Positions 33,048-43,769 of a stretch of 64,000 nt of DNA are shown in pieces. The DNA is from a virus (Duplodnaviria; Caudoviricetes), in IMG/VR virus record IMGVR_UViG_2700988815_000001, positions 1-64,000 of that record. One strand, given 5' to 3'. The notes beneath the pieces were generated by a model. It saw only the letters and a program-made list of their open reading frames with translations. It did no database searches and was not told the DNA's origin. The number at the start of each line of letters is the position of its first letter. The stretch's first letter is position 1. The translations under genes were made by a program, and so were the position numbers.

Positions 33048-34517
33048 ATGGCTGACGATATGGTCTTCGATCTTGACCCTAACGTTATCGGGCCAAAGTC
33101 GAAAAAGCAATATGACTTCATGCACTCCGAAGCTGACATCACCGTATTCGGTGGAGCGGCTGGAGCAGGCAAAAGTTATCTGGGAGTTATGGACTTCCTA
33201 AAGCATGTGCAATATCCAAAATTCAGAGGTTGTATGGTAAGACGTACAACTCCACAACTTAAAGGGCCGGGTGGACTCCAAGAGAAAGCCGAAGAACTCT
33301 TTAAGCTTATTGATCCAAAGGTAAGATGGCGTGACAAAGAACACCACTTCGCCTTCTCTAACGGAGCTAAGATTTACCTCCGTCACTTCGAAAACCCAAA
33401 AGACACTGAGAACTTCCAAGGTTGGGAAGTAAACCACTTCCTTGTTGACGAAGGTCAACAGTTTGAAGAAATGATGGTTGAATACCTCACCTCTCGTATG
33501 CGTAACCCGAAGTGTCCAGAAGTTAAACCACACATGAAGATCACCTGTAACCCTGACTATGGCTCGTTCCTACGTCATTGGTTGGACTGGTGGCTTGATC
33601 CTGAAACCGGAATCCCTCTTCCAGAACGTGACGGCGTTGTTCGTTACTTCCTCAAGTTGGACGGTAAGATGATGTGGGGCGATTCAAGAGAAGAGCTTAT
33701 TGAGAAGTATGGTAAGCCGCATCTACCCGCTGATCACAAAAACCAAGTTAAACCACTCAGCTTTAAATTCATTGCTGCCAACGTTTACGACAACCCAGTT
33801 CTTTGCAACGCTCAACCAGAATATGTTGGTTGGTTGGAAGGTCTTGGTCGTGTTGAGAAAGAACGTCTCCTATACGGAAGCTGGCTAGCACGTGCTGAGG
33901 GTACAGGCTACTTCAAAACCCAATGGTGCAACATGGTAACTCAACGTGACCTCGCTTCTATTAAGCGTGTTCGTGCATGGGATATCAGCGGTACTGTTGA
34001 ATCTGAAACCAATCGAAACCCTGACTGGACTGCTGGTGTTCTCATGAGCAGAAACAAACTGGGTATCTTTACTGTTGAAGATGTTGTTCGTGATCGTCGC
34101 CGTCATGGTGGTGTATTCGACATGATTCTGGAAACAGCAAAGCACGATGGTGATGATGTTCAAATTATCGTTCCATGCGACCCCGGTGCTGCCGGTAAAG
34201 CTTATGCTGCTCAGCTCATTCGTGACTTGGCAGATCATGGTTTCTACGCTCGCATGAAAACAACTAACAAATCCAAAGTCACTCGATTCGCTCCTTTTGC
34301 TGCAACAGCAGAAGCAGGTAGTGTTGAGATTGTTGAGGCGGATTGGACGAAGGACTACTTGATGGAACTAGAACGTTTCGATGGTAGCAAGAATATTAAA
34401 GACGACCAAGTGGACGCCACATCTGATGCCTTCCACGCACTATCGTCTGAACAATATCTTCCTGACTTCTCTGTCCCAGTTATGACTCAGGCAAATCCAT
34501 TTGCATTCTACAGATAA
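33048..34517 (+). CDS. terL: Terminase large subunit
   Basis: GGAAGAGKS Walker A, LVDE Walker B, TCNP, AWD and DDQVDA motifs. Confidence 0.97.
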   Translation: MADDMVFDLDPNVIGPKSKKQYDFMHSEADITVFGGAAGAGKSYLGVMDFLKHVQYPKFRGCMVRRTTPQLKGPGGLQEKAEELFKLIDPKVRWRDKEHHFAFSNGAKIYLRHFENPKDTENFQGWEVNHFLVDEGQQFEEMMVEYLTSRMRNPKCPEVKPHMKITCNPDYGSFLRHWLDWWLDPETGIPLPERDGVVRYFLKLDGKMMWGDSREELIEKYGKPHLPADHKNQVKPLSFKFIAANVYDNPVLCNAQPEYVGWLEGLGRVEKERLLYGSWLARAEGTGYFKTQWCNMVTQRDLASIKRVRAWDISGTVESETNRNPDWTAGVLMSRNKLGIFTVEDVVRDRRRHGGVFDMILETAKHDGDDVQIIVPCDPGAAGKAYAAQLIRDLADHGFYARMKTTNKSKVTRFAPFAATAEAGSVEIVEADWTKDYLMELERFDGSKNIKDDQVDATSDAFHALSSEQYLPDFSVPVMTQANPFAFYR

Positions 34518-34528
34518 GGTGAGGAACA

Positions 34529-35986
34529 ATGGCTAAGAGAAAAGTTGAAAAAGCAGTTGCTCCGATGCCCAGACTTCGCCTTGGTGAGATTGGTGCGATT
34601 GGACTAAAACAATATGGTGGACATGTAGCGGAAGAGAATCGTCGTGAACTTAGGTTCCCAGAGGCGTGCAAAACATTCCGTACAATGTCCCAAGACGCTA
34701 CAATCAAATCTGCCATCTCTCTTGTTGAGATGATGATTAGTCGAGTTGATTGGAGTGTTGATCTGGGTATTGAACCTAGTGCTGAAATGAAAGCTCGCGG
34801 AGAATTCCTTGAGTCTGTTATCAACGACATGGAGCACAGCTTTGCTGACTTCATTCGTGAAGTGACAAGCATGTACACATACGGCTTCTCTGTTCATGAG
34901 AAGGTTTACCGTCGTCGTACATTCGAATCTGGTAGCTCTTACAATGACAACAAGATTGGCATTCGTAAGCTCCCTGTTCGCTCTCAGGACACAATCTCTC
35001 GTTGGGTATACAGTGATGACGGTCGTGACCTTATCGGCCTTGAGCAGTCCCTAGCGGGCGTTCAGAACGGTGATCGTTACTTCAACCTCAGCTCTGATGG
35101 CATCATCCAGATTCCACGTAAGAAATTTATGCTGTTCCGTGTAGATTCTAAGCGTGACAACCCAGAAGGCAACAGCCCTCTACGTGGTTGCTACAACGCT
35201 TGGCTCTTCCGCAGACAGATTGAAGAACAGGAAGCTATCGGTATCACACGTGATATGAACGGTATGCCAACTCTGTATCTTCCACCACGCTACATGAGTG
35301 AAGACGCATCTGATAGTGAGAAGGCAATCTTCGAATACTACAAGAACGTTATCCGTAACATCCAAATGAACGAACAATCTGGTCTGATCTTGCCACAAGC
35401 ATTTGACCCAGAAAGCCGTCAACCTCTCTTCAAGTTCGAACTGACTTCTACCCAAGGTGGAAAGATGTACGACACAGACGTGATCATCAAACGTTGGGAT
35501 AACAAAATCCTGATGGTGTTGTTCGCTGACATGTTGAAGATGGGTCAAGACCAAGTTGGATCTTACTCTCTAGCTGGTGCAAAAACAAACATCATGGCGA
35601 TGGCTATTGAAGCCCGTCTGAAAGAGATTCAAGACACGCTCAACAACGACCTGATCCCACAACTCTTTGCACTGAATGGAGAAATCCTGACAGCAAAAGA
35701 ACTGCCTAAACTGTGCTACGGTGATCTTGACGAAGTTGACTTGGATGAATTCTCTAAAGCAATTCAACGTATGGGTAGTGTTGGTGCTCTTGAACTTGAC
35801 CGCGATATGGCGAACAAGATTCGTGAATCTATCAAAGTGACATTGAAGAAACCAGATGAACCAGTTGACAAAGAAGAAATCATGGGAGGCGAAAGCCAAG
35901 CTGGTGACGGACTTGCAGCAGGTGGTGGAAACGGTGCCTCTAAGAAAGCTTCTGGTAGAGACAATGCTGCTGCAAACAACGCATAG
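34529..35986 (+). CDS. Portal protein
   Basis: Position after terL; YGFSVHEKVY and NPEGNSPLR motifs. Confidence 0.92.
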   Translation: MAKRKVEKAVAPMPRLRLGEIGAIGLKQYGGHVAEENRRELRFPEACKTFRTMSQDATIKSAISLVEMMISRVDWSVDLGIEPSAEMKARGEFLESVINDMEHSFADFIREVTSMYTYGFSVHEKVYRRRTFESGSSYNDNKIGIRKLPVRSQDTISRWVYSDDGRDLIGLEQSLAGVQNGDRYFNLSSDGIIQIPRKKFMLFRVDSKRDNPEGNSPLRGCYNAWLFRRQIEEQEAIGITRDMNGMPTLYLPPRYMSEDASDSEKAIFEYYKNVIRNIQMNEQSGLILPQAFDPESRQPLFKFELTSTQGGKMYDTDVIIKRWDNKILMVLFADMLKMGQDQVGSYSLAGAKTNIMAMAIEARLKEIQDTLNNDLIPQLFALNGEILTAKELPKLCYGDLDEVDLDEFSKAIQRMGSVGALELDRDMANKIRESIKVTLKKPDEPVDKEEIMGGESQAGDGLAAGGGNGASKKASGRDNAAANNA

Positions 35987-35995
35987 GAGTGACAC

Positions 35996-36451
35996 ATGGA
36001 ATTCACTAAGCAAGCACTTCTTGACATGATCGAGAAATGTTTTGGAGGCTCGCAAGAGTCTCCAGAGCTAAAAGTTGAAGTTACCAAGTCTCTAGACGAA
36101 GAGGATCGTAAGGCTCTCTTCGTTGTTCTTGAACCAGATGTAGTTGACCTTCACGGTGATACTTACACAGCGGTTGAAGTTGAGAAGGCTTGTGACAACT
36201 ACAATGAACACTGCCGCGTTGCAAACCTATTCCATCAGATCGAAACAGAAGAAGCTACCGTAGTTCAATCGTTTATCGCTCCTGCTTCCTTCACACTAGA
36301 CAATGGTGTTGAAGTGCAGAAGGGTACTTGGTTGCAATGGTGGAAGTTCCCTGAAACTGAAACTGGTGAGGCTTTGTGGCAAGGTGTTAAATCTGGTGAC
36401 ATTAATGGCGTGTCCATTGGTGCTCTGGCCGTAGCTGAGGAACTAGAATGA
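35996..36451 (+). CDS. Putative prohead protease (XkdF-like)
   Basis: VLEPD..DLHGD, GTW and GVSIG motifs. Confidence 0.75.
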   Translation: MEFTKQALLDMIEKCFGGSQESPELKVEVTKSLDEEDRKALFVVLEPDVVDLHGDTYTAVEVEKACDNYNEHCRVANLFHQIETEEATVVQSFIAPASFTLDNGVEVQKGTWLQWWKFPETETGEALWQGVKSGDINGVSIGALAVAEELE

Positions 36452-37368
36452 CTGACCAAACAAAAGCAAAGCGTCGTCTAACAGACATTAGCTTTGAACA
36501 TGAAGGTGCTCACGTAGCCCTTGTTAGTAAGACACAAGGTGGCCCAGCTAACGGTGTGACAACCCTTATCACGAAAGCCACAAATCAAATCGACAAAGAC
36601 CTCATTGAGAAGGCTACAACAGTAACCGTCGAAATGCAGTTCCCCGAATTCCTCCGTAAGTTCTTTGGACTGTACTGGGAAGATGCAGAAGTTCTCTCTT
36701 CTGTAATGGGCTATGGACGTACAGAATATCCTGATACTTCTGAGAAGGATTATATCGACTCCCGAGTTGAATCCATCCATATCATGAAAGCTGTATACCG
36801 TGCCGAAAACTTGGAGAAGGCACTAGCTGACCTAACTCCAGATCAATCGCTGGCTCTTTTGAAAGATCAAGAGATGCTGGAAAAAGCTCTGGAGTCTCTG
36901 CCAGAACAAACCAAATCTAAACATGAGGACACTCCCTTGGAACAAATCCTGAAATCCGCTCACCTAGAAGCTCTGGCTGATGCCGTTGCTATCGAAAAAG
37001 CTGCCGGTGTTGCTGCTGTTGCAGAAGTTCAAAAAGCTCTTGACGCTCAAGCAGAAGTGCTAAAGTCTGTTCAAGCAGAAGTTGAAACTTTCAAAGCTGC
37101 CGCTGCTACCGCTAAAGTTGAAGCTCGCAAGTCTGCACTTGTTGACGCTAAAGTTCCTGCCGAAAAACTGGAAGCAGTTCTGAAATCGCTTACTGCTCTA
37201 GACGACGAAGCATTTACCGCTCAGGTAGACTTGCTGAAATCTATGGCATCTGCTGTTGATAATTCTGAAATGATGCAAGAGGCTGGCGTTGCTGGTGCTG
37301 GTGCAGAGTCTCAAGAAGAAGTTGATCGCACAACTGCAATCCTTAAAGCCCGTTACGGCGTTAAGTAA
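36448..37368 (+). CDS. Capsid scaffolding/assembly protein
   Basis: Ala/Glu/Lys coiled coil upstream of the capsid genes. Confidence 0.7.
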   Translation: MTDQTKAKRRLTDISFEHEGAHVALVSKTQGGPANGVTTLITKATNQIDKDLIEKATTVTVEMQFPEFLRKFFGLYWEDAEVLSSVMGYGRTEYPDTSEKDYIDSRVESIHIMKAVYRAENLEKALADLTPDQSLALLKDQEMLEKALESLPEQTKSKHEDTPLEQILKSAHLEALADAVAIEKAAGVAAVAEVQKALDAQAEVLKSVQAEVETFKAAAATAKVEARKSALVDAKVPAEKLEAVLKSLTALDDEAFTAQVDLLKSMASAVDNSEMMQEAGVAGAGAESQEEVDRTTAILKARYGVK

Positions 37369-37394
37369 TTTACTATCTATAGGAGATACACACA

Positions 37395-37781
37395 ATGGCA
37401 CAATACGCTGCTGATGTACAACGTCTAAGCAACTGGCTGGTATACGAAGAAGAAGCTGGAAGTGGTGTAACACGTGAAGTGTTGCTCAAGTCCGCAACTA
37501 ACGCAACCATCACTGGCTCTGTTCTGGACAGCACTGGACAACTGGTTGTTGCAGCTACCCTAGCTGACGCAACTTACATTCTGATTGACGACCTGACTCG
37601 TCCTTCTGCCGCTGAATACACTAAGGTGTTGGTACTTGCTCGCGGTCACGCGAAAGTAGGTAAAGCTGCTCTGATCTTTGGTTCTGACGTTACGACTGAC
37701 AACCAACGTAAAACAGCAACTGACAAACTGGCTCTGAAGAACATCTTCGCAGTTGACCAACTAACCTACAACAACGTTTAA
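37395..37781 (+). CDS. Head decoration protein
   Basis: Size and position immediately before the MCP. Confidence 0.75.
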   Translation: MAQYAADVQRLSNWLVYEEEAGSGVTREVLLKSATNATITGSVLDSTGQLVVAATLADATYILIDDLTRPSAAEYTKVLVLARGHAKVGKAALIFGSDVTTDNQRKTATDKLALKNIFAVDQLTYNNV

Positions 37782-37793
37782 TAGGAGGACTAA

Positions 37794-38855
37794 ATGTCTA
37801 CACAAGTTCAACTCGCTAAGCAGGCCGTTCGTAGCTACGCTAACAACAACTACGAATACACAGACCTGTCCCAGCCGCTGATGATTATCCCGAACGATTG
37901 GTTCCTTGGAACTCAACTGGGCATCTTCGGAAAAGACACAACAAACCAAGAGACGATTACTCTAGAAGAAATCACTGTTGGTTACGGCCTGATCAAAGAC
38001 GTTCACCGTGGTGCTCGTCACACTGTGATCAGTGACCCAACTCGTAAAATGCAAGCATTTGCGATCCCACACTTCACCCTCGACGCTTCTATCACTCCAC
38101 GTGATATCCAAGGTAAGCGTGCTTTCGGTGTTGACCAACTGGAAACTCTGGCAGCAGTTCGCGCTCGCAAGCTAGAAGTTATCCGTAAGTCTTGGGCTGC
38201 TACTCACGAAGCTGCTATCTGGCACACAATCGTAACTGGTACTGCATACGCTCCTAACGGAAACGTAAGCTACGACTGGTACGCTCAATTCGGTGCAACA
38301 CGTACAACTGTTGACTTCGAACTGAACACTGCTACAACTGACATCATCGCTAAAACTGAAGAAGTTTTCGCTTCCATCCAAGACAACGCTCTGGACGGAA
38401 CTGTACGTGGTGAAGTGTTTGCTGTTGCATCGCCAGAGTTCTTCGCTAAGCTGATCGGACACCCAACAATGAAGGCTCTGTGGCTAGCTTACGCTCAGTC
38501 TCCACAAATCCTGCGTGACCGTCTGCAAGCACGTGGCTACGACGCCCGTTACCGTGAGTTCACAATCGGTAACATCACTTACATCGAAAACCGTGGTATC
38601 AACCCAGATGGAACTCGTCAGATTCCAGTTGGCGATTGCTACTTCTTCCCAAGCGATGTGGGCGATGGCGACAACTTCGTGCAATACTTCGGCCCAGCCG
38701 ATCACTTCGACTTCGTAAACACTCAAGGGCAAGAGCTGTACGCCTTCGAATACGGAGACAACCGTGGTCAGATGATCGAAATCCAAACCGAATCCAACTT
38801 CCTGAACGTGCTTCGCCGTCCACAGTTGATCGTAAAAGGCATCGTTGGTGCCTAA
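37794..38855 (+). CDS. Major capsid protein
   Basis: Lambda gpE-like motifs (IPHF, FGPAD, ESNFL..RP); strong codon bias; terminator follows. Confidence 0.93.
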   Translation: MSTQVQLAKQAVRSYANNNYEYTDLSQPLMIIPNDWFLGTQLGIFGKDTTNQETITLEEITVGYGLIKDVHRGARHTVISDPTRKMQAFAIPHFTLDASITPRDIQGKRAFGVDQLETLAAVRARKLEVIRKSWAATHEAAIWHTIVTGTAYAPNGNVSYDWYAQFGATRTTVDFELNTATTDIIAKTEEVFASIQDNALDGTVRGEVFAVASPEFFAKLIGHPTMKALWLAYAQSPQILRDRLQARGYDARYREFTIGNITYIENRGINPDGTRQIPVGDCYFFPSDVGDGDNFVQYFGPADHFDFVNTQGQELYAFEYGDNRGQMIEIQTESNFLNVLRRPQLIVKGIVGA

Positions 38856-38861
38856 TTGAAA

Positions 38862-38894
38862 TGGGGAGAGCTTGTCTCTCCCCTTTCTTGTTTT
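38862..38894 (+). terminator. Terminator after the MCP gene
   Basis: GGGGAGAG-cttgt-CTCTCCCC-TTTCTTGTTTT. Confidence 0.85.
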
Positions 38895-38905
38895 AGGAGA
38901 ACCAT

Positions 38906-39385
38906 ATGCCATACAGCGGAAACCCAGCGACTAGTGCAACCGACAGAGTAAGACTCAACGTTGGTGATATCTGGCCTGACTTTGAACTGCTTCACGATGA
39001 AGACTATCAGTATTTCATCGACAAATACAACGGCAATGAGAACAGAGCGACACTAGATGCTGCTCGCACTCTGATGTTTGTCCTAGCACGCTTCACACGT
39101 GAACGTACAGGCGATATCGAAGTGTATGGTGGAGATATCTTCTCTAACTACTACAAAGCCTTGGAGCTTATCCTGAAAGACCCTAACGCAGCTATCAGCT
39201 TGGCTATGCCATATGCTGGTGGTATTAGTCGTGAGGATATGCACGCTAACAGAATGAACTGTGATAACAACGCTGTCCGTATTGCAACAGAACGTCCACT
39301 CCGTCTTGGTTGTGGCAACTGGCAATACAACTATGACATGCTGAACTGTCAAGGTGTTGGTGGTGGACATGGGTCTTACTATTAA
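38906..39385 (+). CDS. Head-tail adaptor
   Basis: DRVRLNVGD motif; position. Confidence 0.75.
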   Translation: MPYSGNPATSATDRVRLNVGDIWPDFELLHDEDYQYFIDKYNGNENRATLDAARTLMFVLARFTRERTGDIEVYGGDIFSNYYKALELILKDPNAAISLAMPYAGGISREDMHANRMNCDNNAVRIATERPLRLGCGNWQYNYDMLNCQGVGGGHGSYY

Positions 39386-39836
39386 GTTCGACAACAAAAT
39401 CCCAGCTCTCCTAAAGAGGCTGGACAAATTAAATGGTACGGAAGTCGAAGTTGGTTTCTTTGAAGAGGATCGTTATGGCCCTGAGAACCACAACTTGCCT
39501 GTAGCTACAGTAGCTGCTTACAACGAATTCGGTACTGTGCATAACCCACAAAGACCTTTCATGTCTGACACGTTCTCTAGCGATGCTAACCAAGCCATTA
39601 TGGCGAGGTTGATGAAGAACGTATTTGTCAGTGCCATGAGCGGCGGGACAGCCACACAAAGGCTGTTGAACATCCTTGGTCGAATCACTGGAGAGTTGAT
39701 GCAAGTTACCATTGCACAATACGCTGCTATGGGCGGTAACTCCAAAGAGACGATTAAGAAAAAAGGCGGTAGAGATACGCCACTGATTGACACAGGTAAG
39801 ATGCTTGAGTCTGTCAGATTCCACATCCACCGTTAA
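39369..39836 (+). CDS. Neck/tail completion protein (HK97 gp10-like)
   Basis: NEFGT..PQRPF and PLIDTG motifs. Confidence 0.8.
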   Translation: MGLTIKFDNKIPALLKRLDKLNGTEVEVGFFEEDRYGPENHNLPVATVAAYNEFGTVHNPQRPFMSDTFSSDANQAIMARLMKNVFVSAMSGGTATQRLLNILGRITGELMQVTIAQYAAMGGNSKETIKKKGGRDTPLIDTGKMLESVRFHIHR

Positions 39837-39847
39837 GGAGTATAACA

Positions 39848-40216
39848 ATGAGAAATCCCCCACTGCTCCTAACTGGACATACAACGCTCGATATTATCCG
39901 CCGTGAGGCAGAGACAATCATTCGCGGGCGTCCTAGCCCCGGAGCTGAGAGTACAGTCCAAGTTGTATGCAACGTACAGCCGGTGCTGAAATCCACAGAC
40001 ACCTACCTCTTGCCAGAAGCTGATCGTACACGTGCGACACTTAAAGTGTACACGAAAGGTGATCCATTGAGACAGCGTAAAGAAGGCCCAAACGGATATG
40101 CTGCTGACCGATTCTATTGGAAAGGTGAGCTGTACGAAGTGATGAAGGTTATTGATTATGACATGGGCGTTCTCAACCATTACAAAGCCTTGTGCATGAG
40201 GGTTGAGCTAACATGA
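39848..40216 (+). CDS. Head closure/stopper protein
   Basis: Position; beta-rich. Confidence 0.7.
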   Translation: MRNPPLLLTGHTTLDIIRREAETIIRGRPSPGAESTVQVVCNVQPVLKSTDTYLLPEADRTRATLKVYTKGDPLRQRKEGPNGYAADRFYWKGELYEVMKVIDYDMGVLNHYKALCMRVELT

Positions 40217-40782
40217 ATATCTATCAAGACTTAGAAGACTCTCTTTACAATATCGTCTCTACACTTCACCCAGACTGGAATATCCTCTTCGCATTTACTA
40301 ACGCTGCTGAGCCTCAGAATCCTTACCTCGTTATCGACGTAAAGAAGCTGACTCCGATTGGACGTGAGTACAACTCGACACCAACTATTGGTGCTGATGA
40401 TGTGAAGTTGATCCAGACAACAATTCAAGACCACGAAGCAACTGTGAGATTTGAATTTGTTGGTAAGTACGACGATCAAACTTCTGTGGCTGAAATGGCC
40501 CAACAGCTTCAAATTGAGTTGAGGACTCAGAATGGATACTTGCTACAAGCCGAGAATAGACTCTCGCTGTACAGACTGTCCACTCTACGCAGACTTCCAC
40601 TCCCACGGGACACAGACATGTACATGATCTATCAACTGGATTGTGTGTTCGCATACGCTGCTGTACTCACAACAGAACAGGATTACGCGACAGCCCTTGA
40701 AGGCAAAGGCGTATATCACGATGCAAACAGGCCACCAGACTACGTGCTGGAAACCGAATTTGAAATCACTCTACCTACTTAG
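40213..40782 (+). CDS. Tail terminator/neck protein
   Basis: Position before the sheath gene. Confidence 0.7.
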   Translation: MNIYQDLEDSLYNIVSTLHPDWNILFAFTNAAEPQNPYLVIDVKKLTPIGREYNSTPTIGADDVKLIQTTIQDHEATVRFEFVGKYDDQTSVAEMAQQLQIELRTQNGYLLQAENRLSLYRLSTLRRLPLPRDTDMYMIYQLDCVFAYAAVLTTEQDYATALEGKGVYHDANRPPDYVLETEFEITLPT

Positions 40783-40793
40783 GAGAATAACGT

Positions 40794-42077
40794 ATGACCG
40801 TTCTTACGGATATCATTGAAATCAACATCAGCCGAGAAACTGCTGCTGTTGCTCAAACAAACTTCAACGTGCCTATGTTCGTATCTGCTCACACCCGCTT
40901 TGCAGAACGTGCTCGCACATACTCCAGCCTGACTGCCGTAGCAGAAGACTTCAGCCCAAGTGACTCCGCTTACGTGGCCGCTCAGAAGCTCTTCGGACAG
41001 GTGCTCAAGCCTTCCCAGATCGTAATTGGTCGTCGTCTTGTTCCAAGCTCTACAATCAGCATCCAAGCTGCTGTAGCTGGCACATACACAATGACAATCA
41101 ACACAATCAACTTCAGCTACGTCGCTACTGGCGTTGACACAACTATCACTATCGGTGCTGGCCTGAAAGCTGCTTACGACGTAACTCCGGTTTCTGGCGT
41201 AACTGTTACAGACAACCTCGACGGTACACTGACTGTTTCTTCTTTGATTGGTTACTCTCTTGAAGTTACAAGCAACATGGGTCAAGCCAACCAGCCATCT
41301 ACTGAATCTTGGGTAACAACAATCAACGAAATCACCGTAGTGAACAACACTTGGTATGCCGTGATGATTGAATCCCACGCTGAAACTGATGTACTTGCTG
41401 TAGCTGGTCAGATCGAAGGCATGAAGAAAGTGTTCGCCACATCTTCTCAGTCTTCTGATATCAAGACAACTGCAACAACTGACACATTCTCTAAGCTGCA
41501 AGACCTTGGCTACCAACGTACTTTCGGTATGTACTCTGCCACTGCTGACGCTGAATTCCCAGAAGCTGCTTGGGTTGGATACCAACTGCAAGAGCAACCG
41601 GGTTCTAACACTTGGGCTTACAAAGCTCTGTCTGGTGTTACAGTGTCCACTCTGTCTGACACAGAATCTACAAACGTCCACACCAAGAACGGGACAACTT
41701 ACGAAACTGTAGGTGGCTTGAACAGCACTATCGGAGCTAAGATGTTCGGTGGTGAATGGATCGACGTAATGATCTTTGTTGACTGGCTAGAACAGCGTAT
41801 GAAAGAACGTCTGTGGAGCCGCTTGGCTAACAGCAAGAAAATCCCTTACACAGCCGCAGGTGCCGCTATTATCGAAGCTGAGATTCGTGCTCAGTTGAAC
41901 GATGGTATCCGTGTGGGTGGACTGGCTAACAGCCCAGCTCCAACTGTAGAAGTGCCTGATGTTCTTAGCGTGTCTGTCAACGCACGTGCTCAACGTATCT
42001 TCGAAGGCATCACATTCGAAGCCCGTCTTGCTGGTGCTATCCACTTCGTTAAAATCTCTGGAACAGTAACCGTTTAA
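40794..42077 (+). CDS. Tail sheath protein (DUF3383-like)
   Basis: TWAYKAL.GV, WIDV...DW, KIPYT and LAGAIH motifs. Confidence 0.92.
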   Translation: MTVLTDIIEINISRETAAVAQTNFNVPMFVSAHTRFAERARTYSSLTAVAEDFSPSDSAYVAAQKLFGQVLKPSQIVIGRRLVPSSTISIQAAVAGTYTMTINTINFSYVATGVDTTITIGAGLKAAYDVTPVSGVTVTDNLDGTLTVSSLIGYSLEVTSNMGQANQPSTESWVTTINEITVVNNTWYAVMIESHAETDVLAVAGQIEGMKKVFATSSQSSDIKTTATTDTFSKLQDLGYQRTFGMYSATADAEFPEAAWVGYQLQEQPGSNTWAYKALSGVTVSTLSDTESTNVHTKNGTTYETVGGLNSTIGAKMFGGEWIDVMIFVDWLEQRMKERLWSRLANSKKIPYTAAGAAIIEAEIRAQLNDGIRVGGLANSPAPTVEVPDVLSVSVNARAQRIFEGITFEARLAGAIHFVKISGTVTV

Positions 42078-42111
42078 TTACGGTTACATCCAGCCAAACT
42101 AGGAGACTAAC

Positions 42112-42636
42112 ATGGCTACACAACGTCTTGCTACATTCGCTCCAAATGATGTGAGTGTCATTATCACACAAACGAGCACAGGTATTGCCCACGTTATCAG
42201 CGGCTACTCTGAGGACTCCATCGTTAACATCGAATGGACAAGCCCACGATACGCTCTGTACACTGGTGCAGACAACACTGGTACACGTGTCTTCAACGCA
42301 AGTAACTCTGCGACACTGACACTGAGCCTGCAACAAACTTCTGCATCCAACGACGTATTGACTATGTTGTTTAACAACGATGGTCGTAACACCGATGGTC
42401 TTTTCTCTATCCAAGTTAAAGACTCTTCTGGTCGTTCTACATACTTCTCTGACGATGCTTACATTGGTGTACGTCCTAACGCTGGTTTCTCTAACAGCAT
42501 GATGACACGTGATTGGGCTATCCAAGCTTTCAACCTTGACGGGTATGCTGGTGGTAACGCAATCCTCACTCCAGAAGACCAAGCTACTATCGAAACTCTC
42601 GGTGGTACTATCGCTGCGAAGTGGCTACAACAGTAA
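42112..42636 (+). CDS. Tail tube protein
   Basis: Follows sheath; LQQTS.SND and VKDSSG motifs. Confidence 0.85.
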   Translation: MATQRLATFAPNDVSVIITQTSTGIAHVISGYSEDSIVNIEWTSPRYALYTGADNTGTRVFNASNSATLTLSLQQTSASNDVLTMLFNNDGRNTDGLFSIQVKDSSGRSTYFSDDAYIGVRPNAGFSNSMMTRDWAIQAFNLDGYAGGNAILTPEDQATIETLGGTIAAKWLQQ

Positions 42637-42646
42637 TACATTCGTT

Positions 42647-42681
42647 AAGGGGCTTCCATTCGTGGTGGCCCCTTTTCTTTT
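42647..42681 (+). terminator. Terminator after the tube gene
   Basis: AAGGGGC...GCCCCTT-TTCTTTT. Confidence 0.75.
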
Positions 42682-42700
42682 ATATGCACGGAGGTAAATT

Positions 42701-43204
42701 ATGGCAAGCCTACTTAACTACTCCCCAAATGATGTGACAATTACCGTAGCAGGGTTGTACTCCGTTACAGGCTATGCCGAAGGTACATTCGTTCGCATTA
42801 CAAAGGACACACAACAAATTTCTACAACACGCGCTATGGACGGTACAATGTCCCGCGTTAAATCCCCCGATACTGGTTGGAAGGTGGAGATTACTCTCGC
42901 ACAATCTTCTAGCGGTAACGACATCTTCTCTACCCTCTGGAACGTTGACAAAGTTACCGGAATGGGCAAATTCCCGCTGTTCATCAAAGACGGAAGTGGG
43001 AGCACAATGTTTATGGCTGCAACTGCTTGGATTGAAGAGATTCCTGACATCATCTTCTCCAACCAGATGGAAACCCGTACATGGCGTTTCGGAGCTACAG
43101 ACGTAATTGTTAACGTTGGTGGTAACGGTGATGGCGACCTGTCGTCTATCCTCGGCCTGAGTGCTTCTGTACTGCCAGTCCTTCAAAACTTCCAAATCAT
43201 TTAA
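42701..43204 (+). CDS. Tail tube-like paralog
   Basis: YSPNDV, LAQSS..ND and IKDGSG motifs shared with the tube protein. Confidence 0.8.
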   Translation: MASLLNYSPNDVTITVAGLYSVTGYAEGTFVRITKDTQQISTTRAMDGTMSRVKSPDTGWKVEITLAQSSSGNDIFSTLWNVDKVTGMGKFPLFIKDGSGSTMFMAATAWIEEIPDIIFSNQMETRTWRFGATDVIVNVGGNGDGDLSSILGLSASVLPVLQNFQII

Positions 43205-43213
43205 GGAGATTTT

Positions 43214-43750
43214 ATGTCTGGTAGTGTATTGACGTATGACCCGAAGAGTGTTACTATTAGTGTTTGCGGATGGATTGTTCCGGGCATTGTGAGCGTATCT
43301 CTCCAATGGAAATCGGAAGCCTTCTCTGTCCGTAAAGGGATTCGTGGTGTCCACACCCGTATCTACAACCCAGACAGACAAGCCACGCTGGTTATCGAAC
43401 TACTTCAAACCTCTATCGCAAACGATGTATTCACTTCCATCGTCTTGCAGGATGCTCAGCATCACGCAGGTTTGCTCGACCCAGTAATGCTTAAAGACAC
43501 TTCTGGTACATCTCGTTTCACAACGTCGCAAGCTTTCATCAAAACCTTCCCAGAAATGACCTTCAATGCCGAAGGAACAATTACACGTAAATGGGAAATC
43601 GAAATTCTATCGTTCGTAACAGCATCTGGTAACGTTGGTGGTTCTGCCTCTAACGGTATTGACGTTACGGATATTATCTCTGGAGCTATGTCGAGTGCTC
43701 AAGACCTTGTGTCTGACAGCTTCGGTGCAGTCTCTGGGTACTTTAGTTAA
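43214..43750 (+). CDS. Tail tube-like paralog
   Basis: YDPKSV, LLQTS.AND and LKDTSG motifs. Confidence 0.78.
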   Translation: MSGSVLTYDPKSVTISVCGWIVPGIVSVSLQWKSEAFSVRKGIRGVHTRIYNPDRQATLVIELLQTSIANDVFTSIVLQDAQHHAGLLDPVMLKDTSGTSRFTTSQAFIKTFPEMTFNAEGTITRKWEIEILSFVTASGNVGGSASNGIDVTDIISGAMSSAQDLVSDSFGAVSGYFS

Positions 43751-43769
43751 TAAGTAAGGAGAACACTAA

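Noticed and set aside
40779-41681. Minus-strand ORFs in the structural module
   Set aside because: Antisense shadows of sheath and other virion genes
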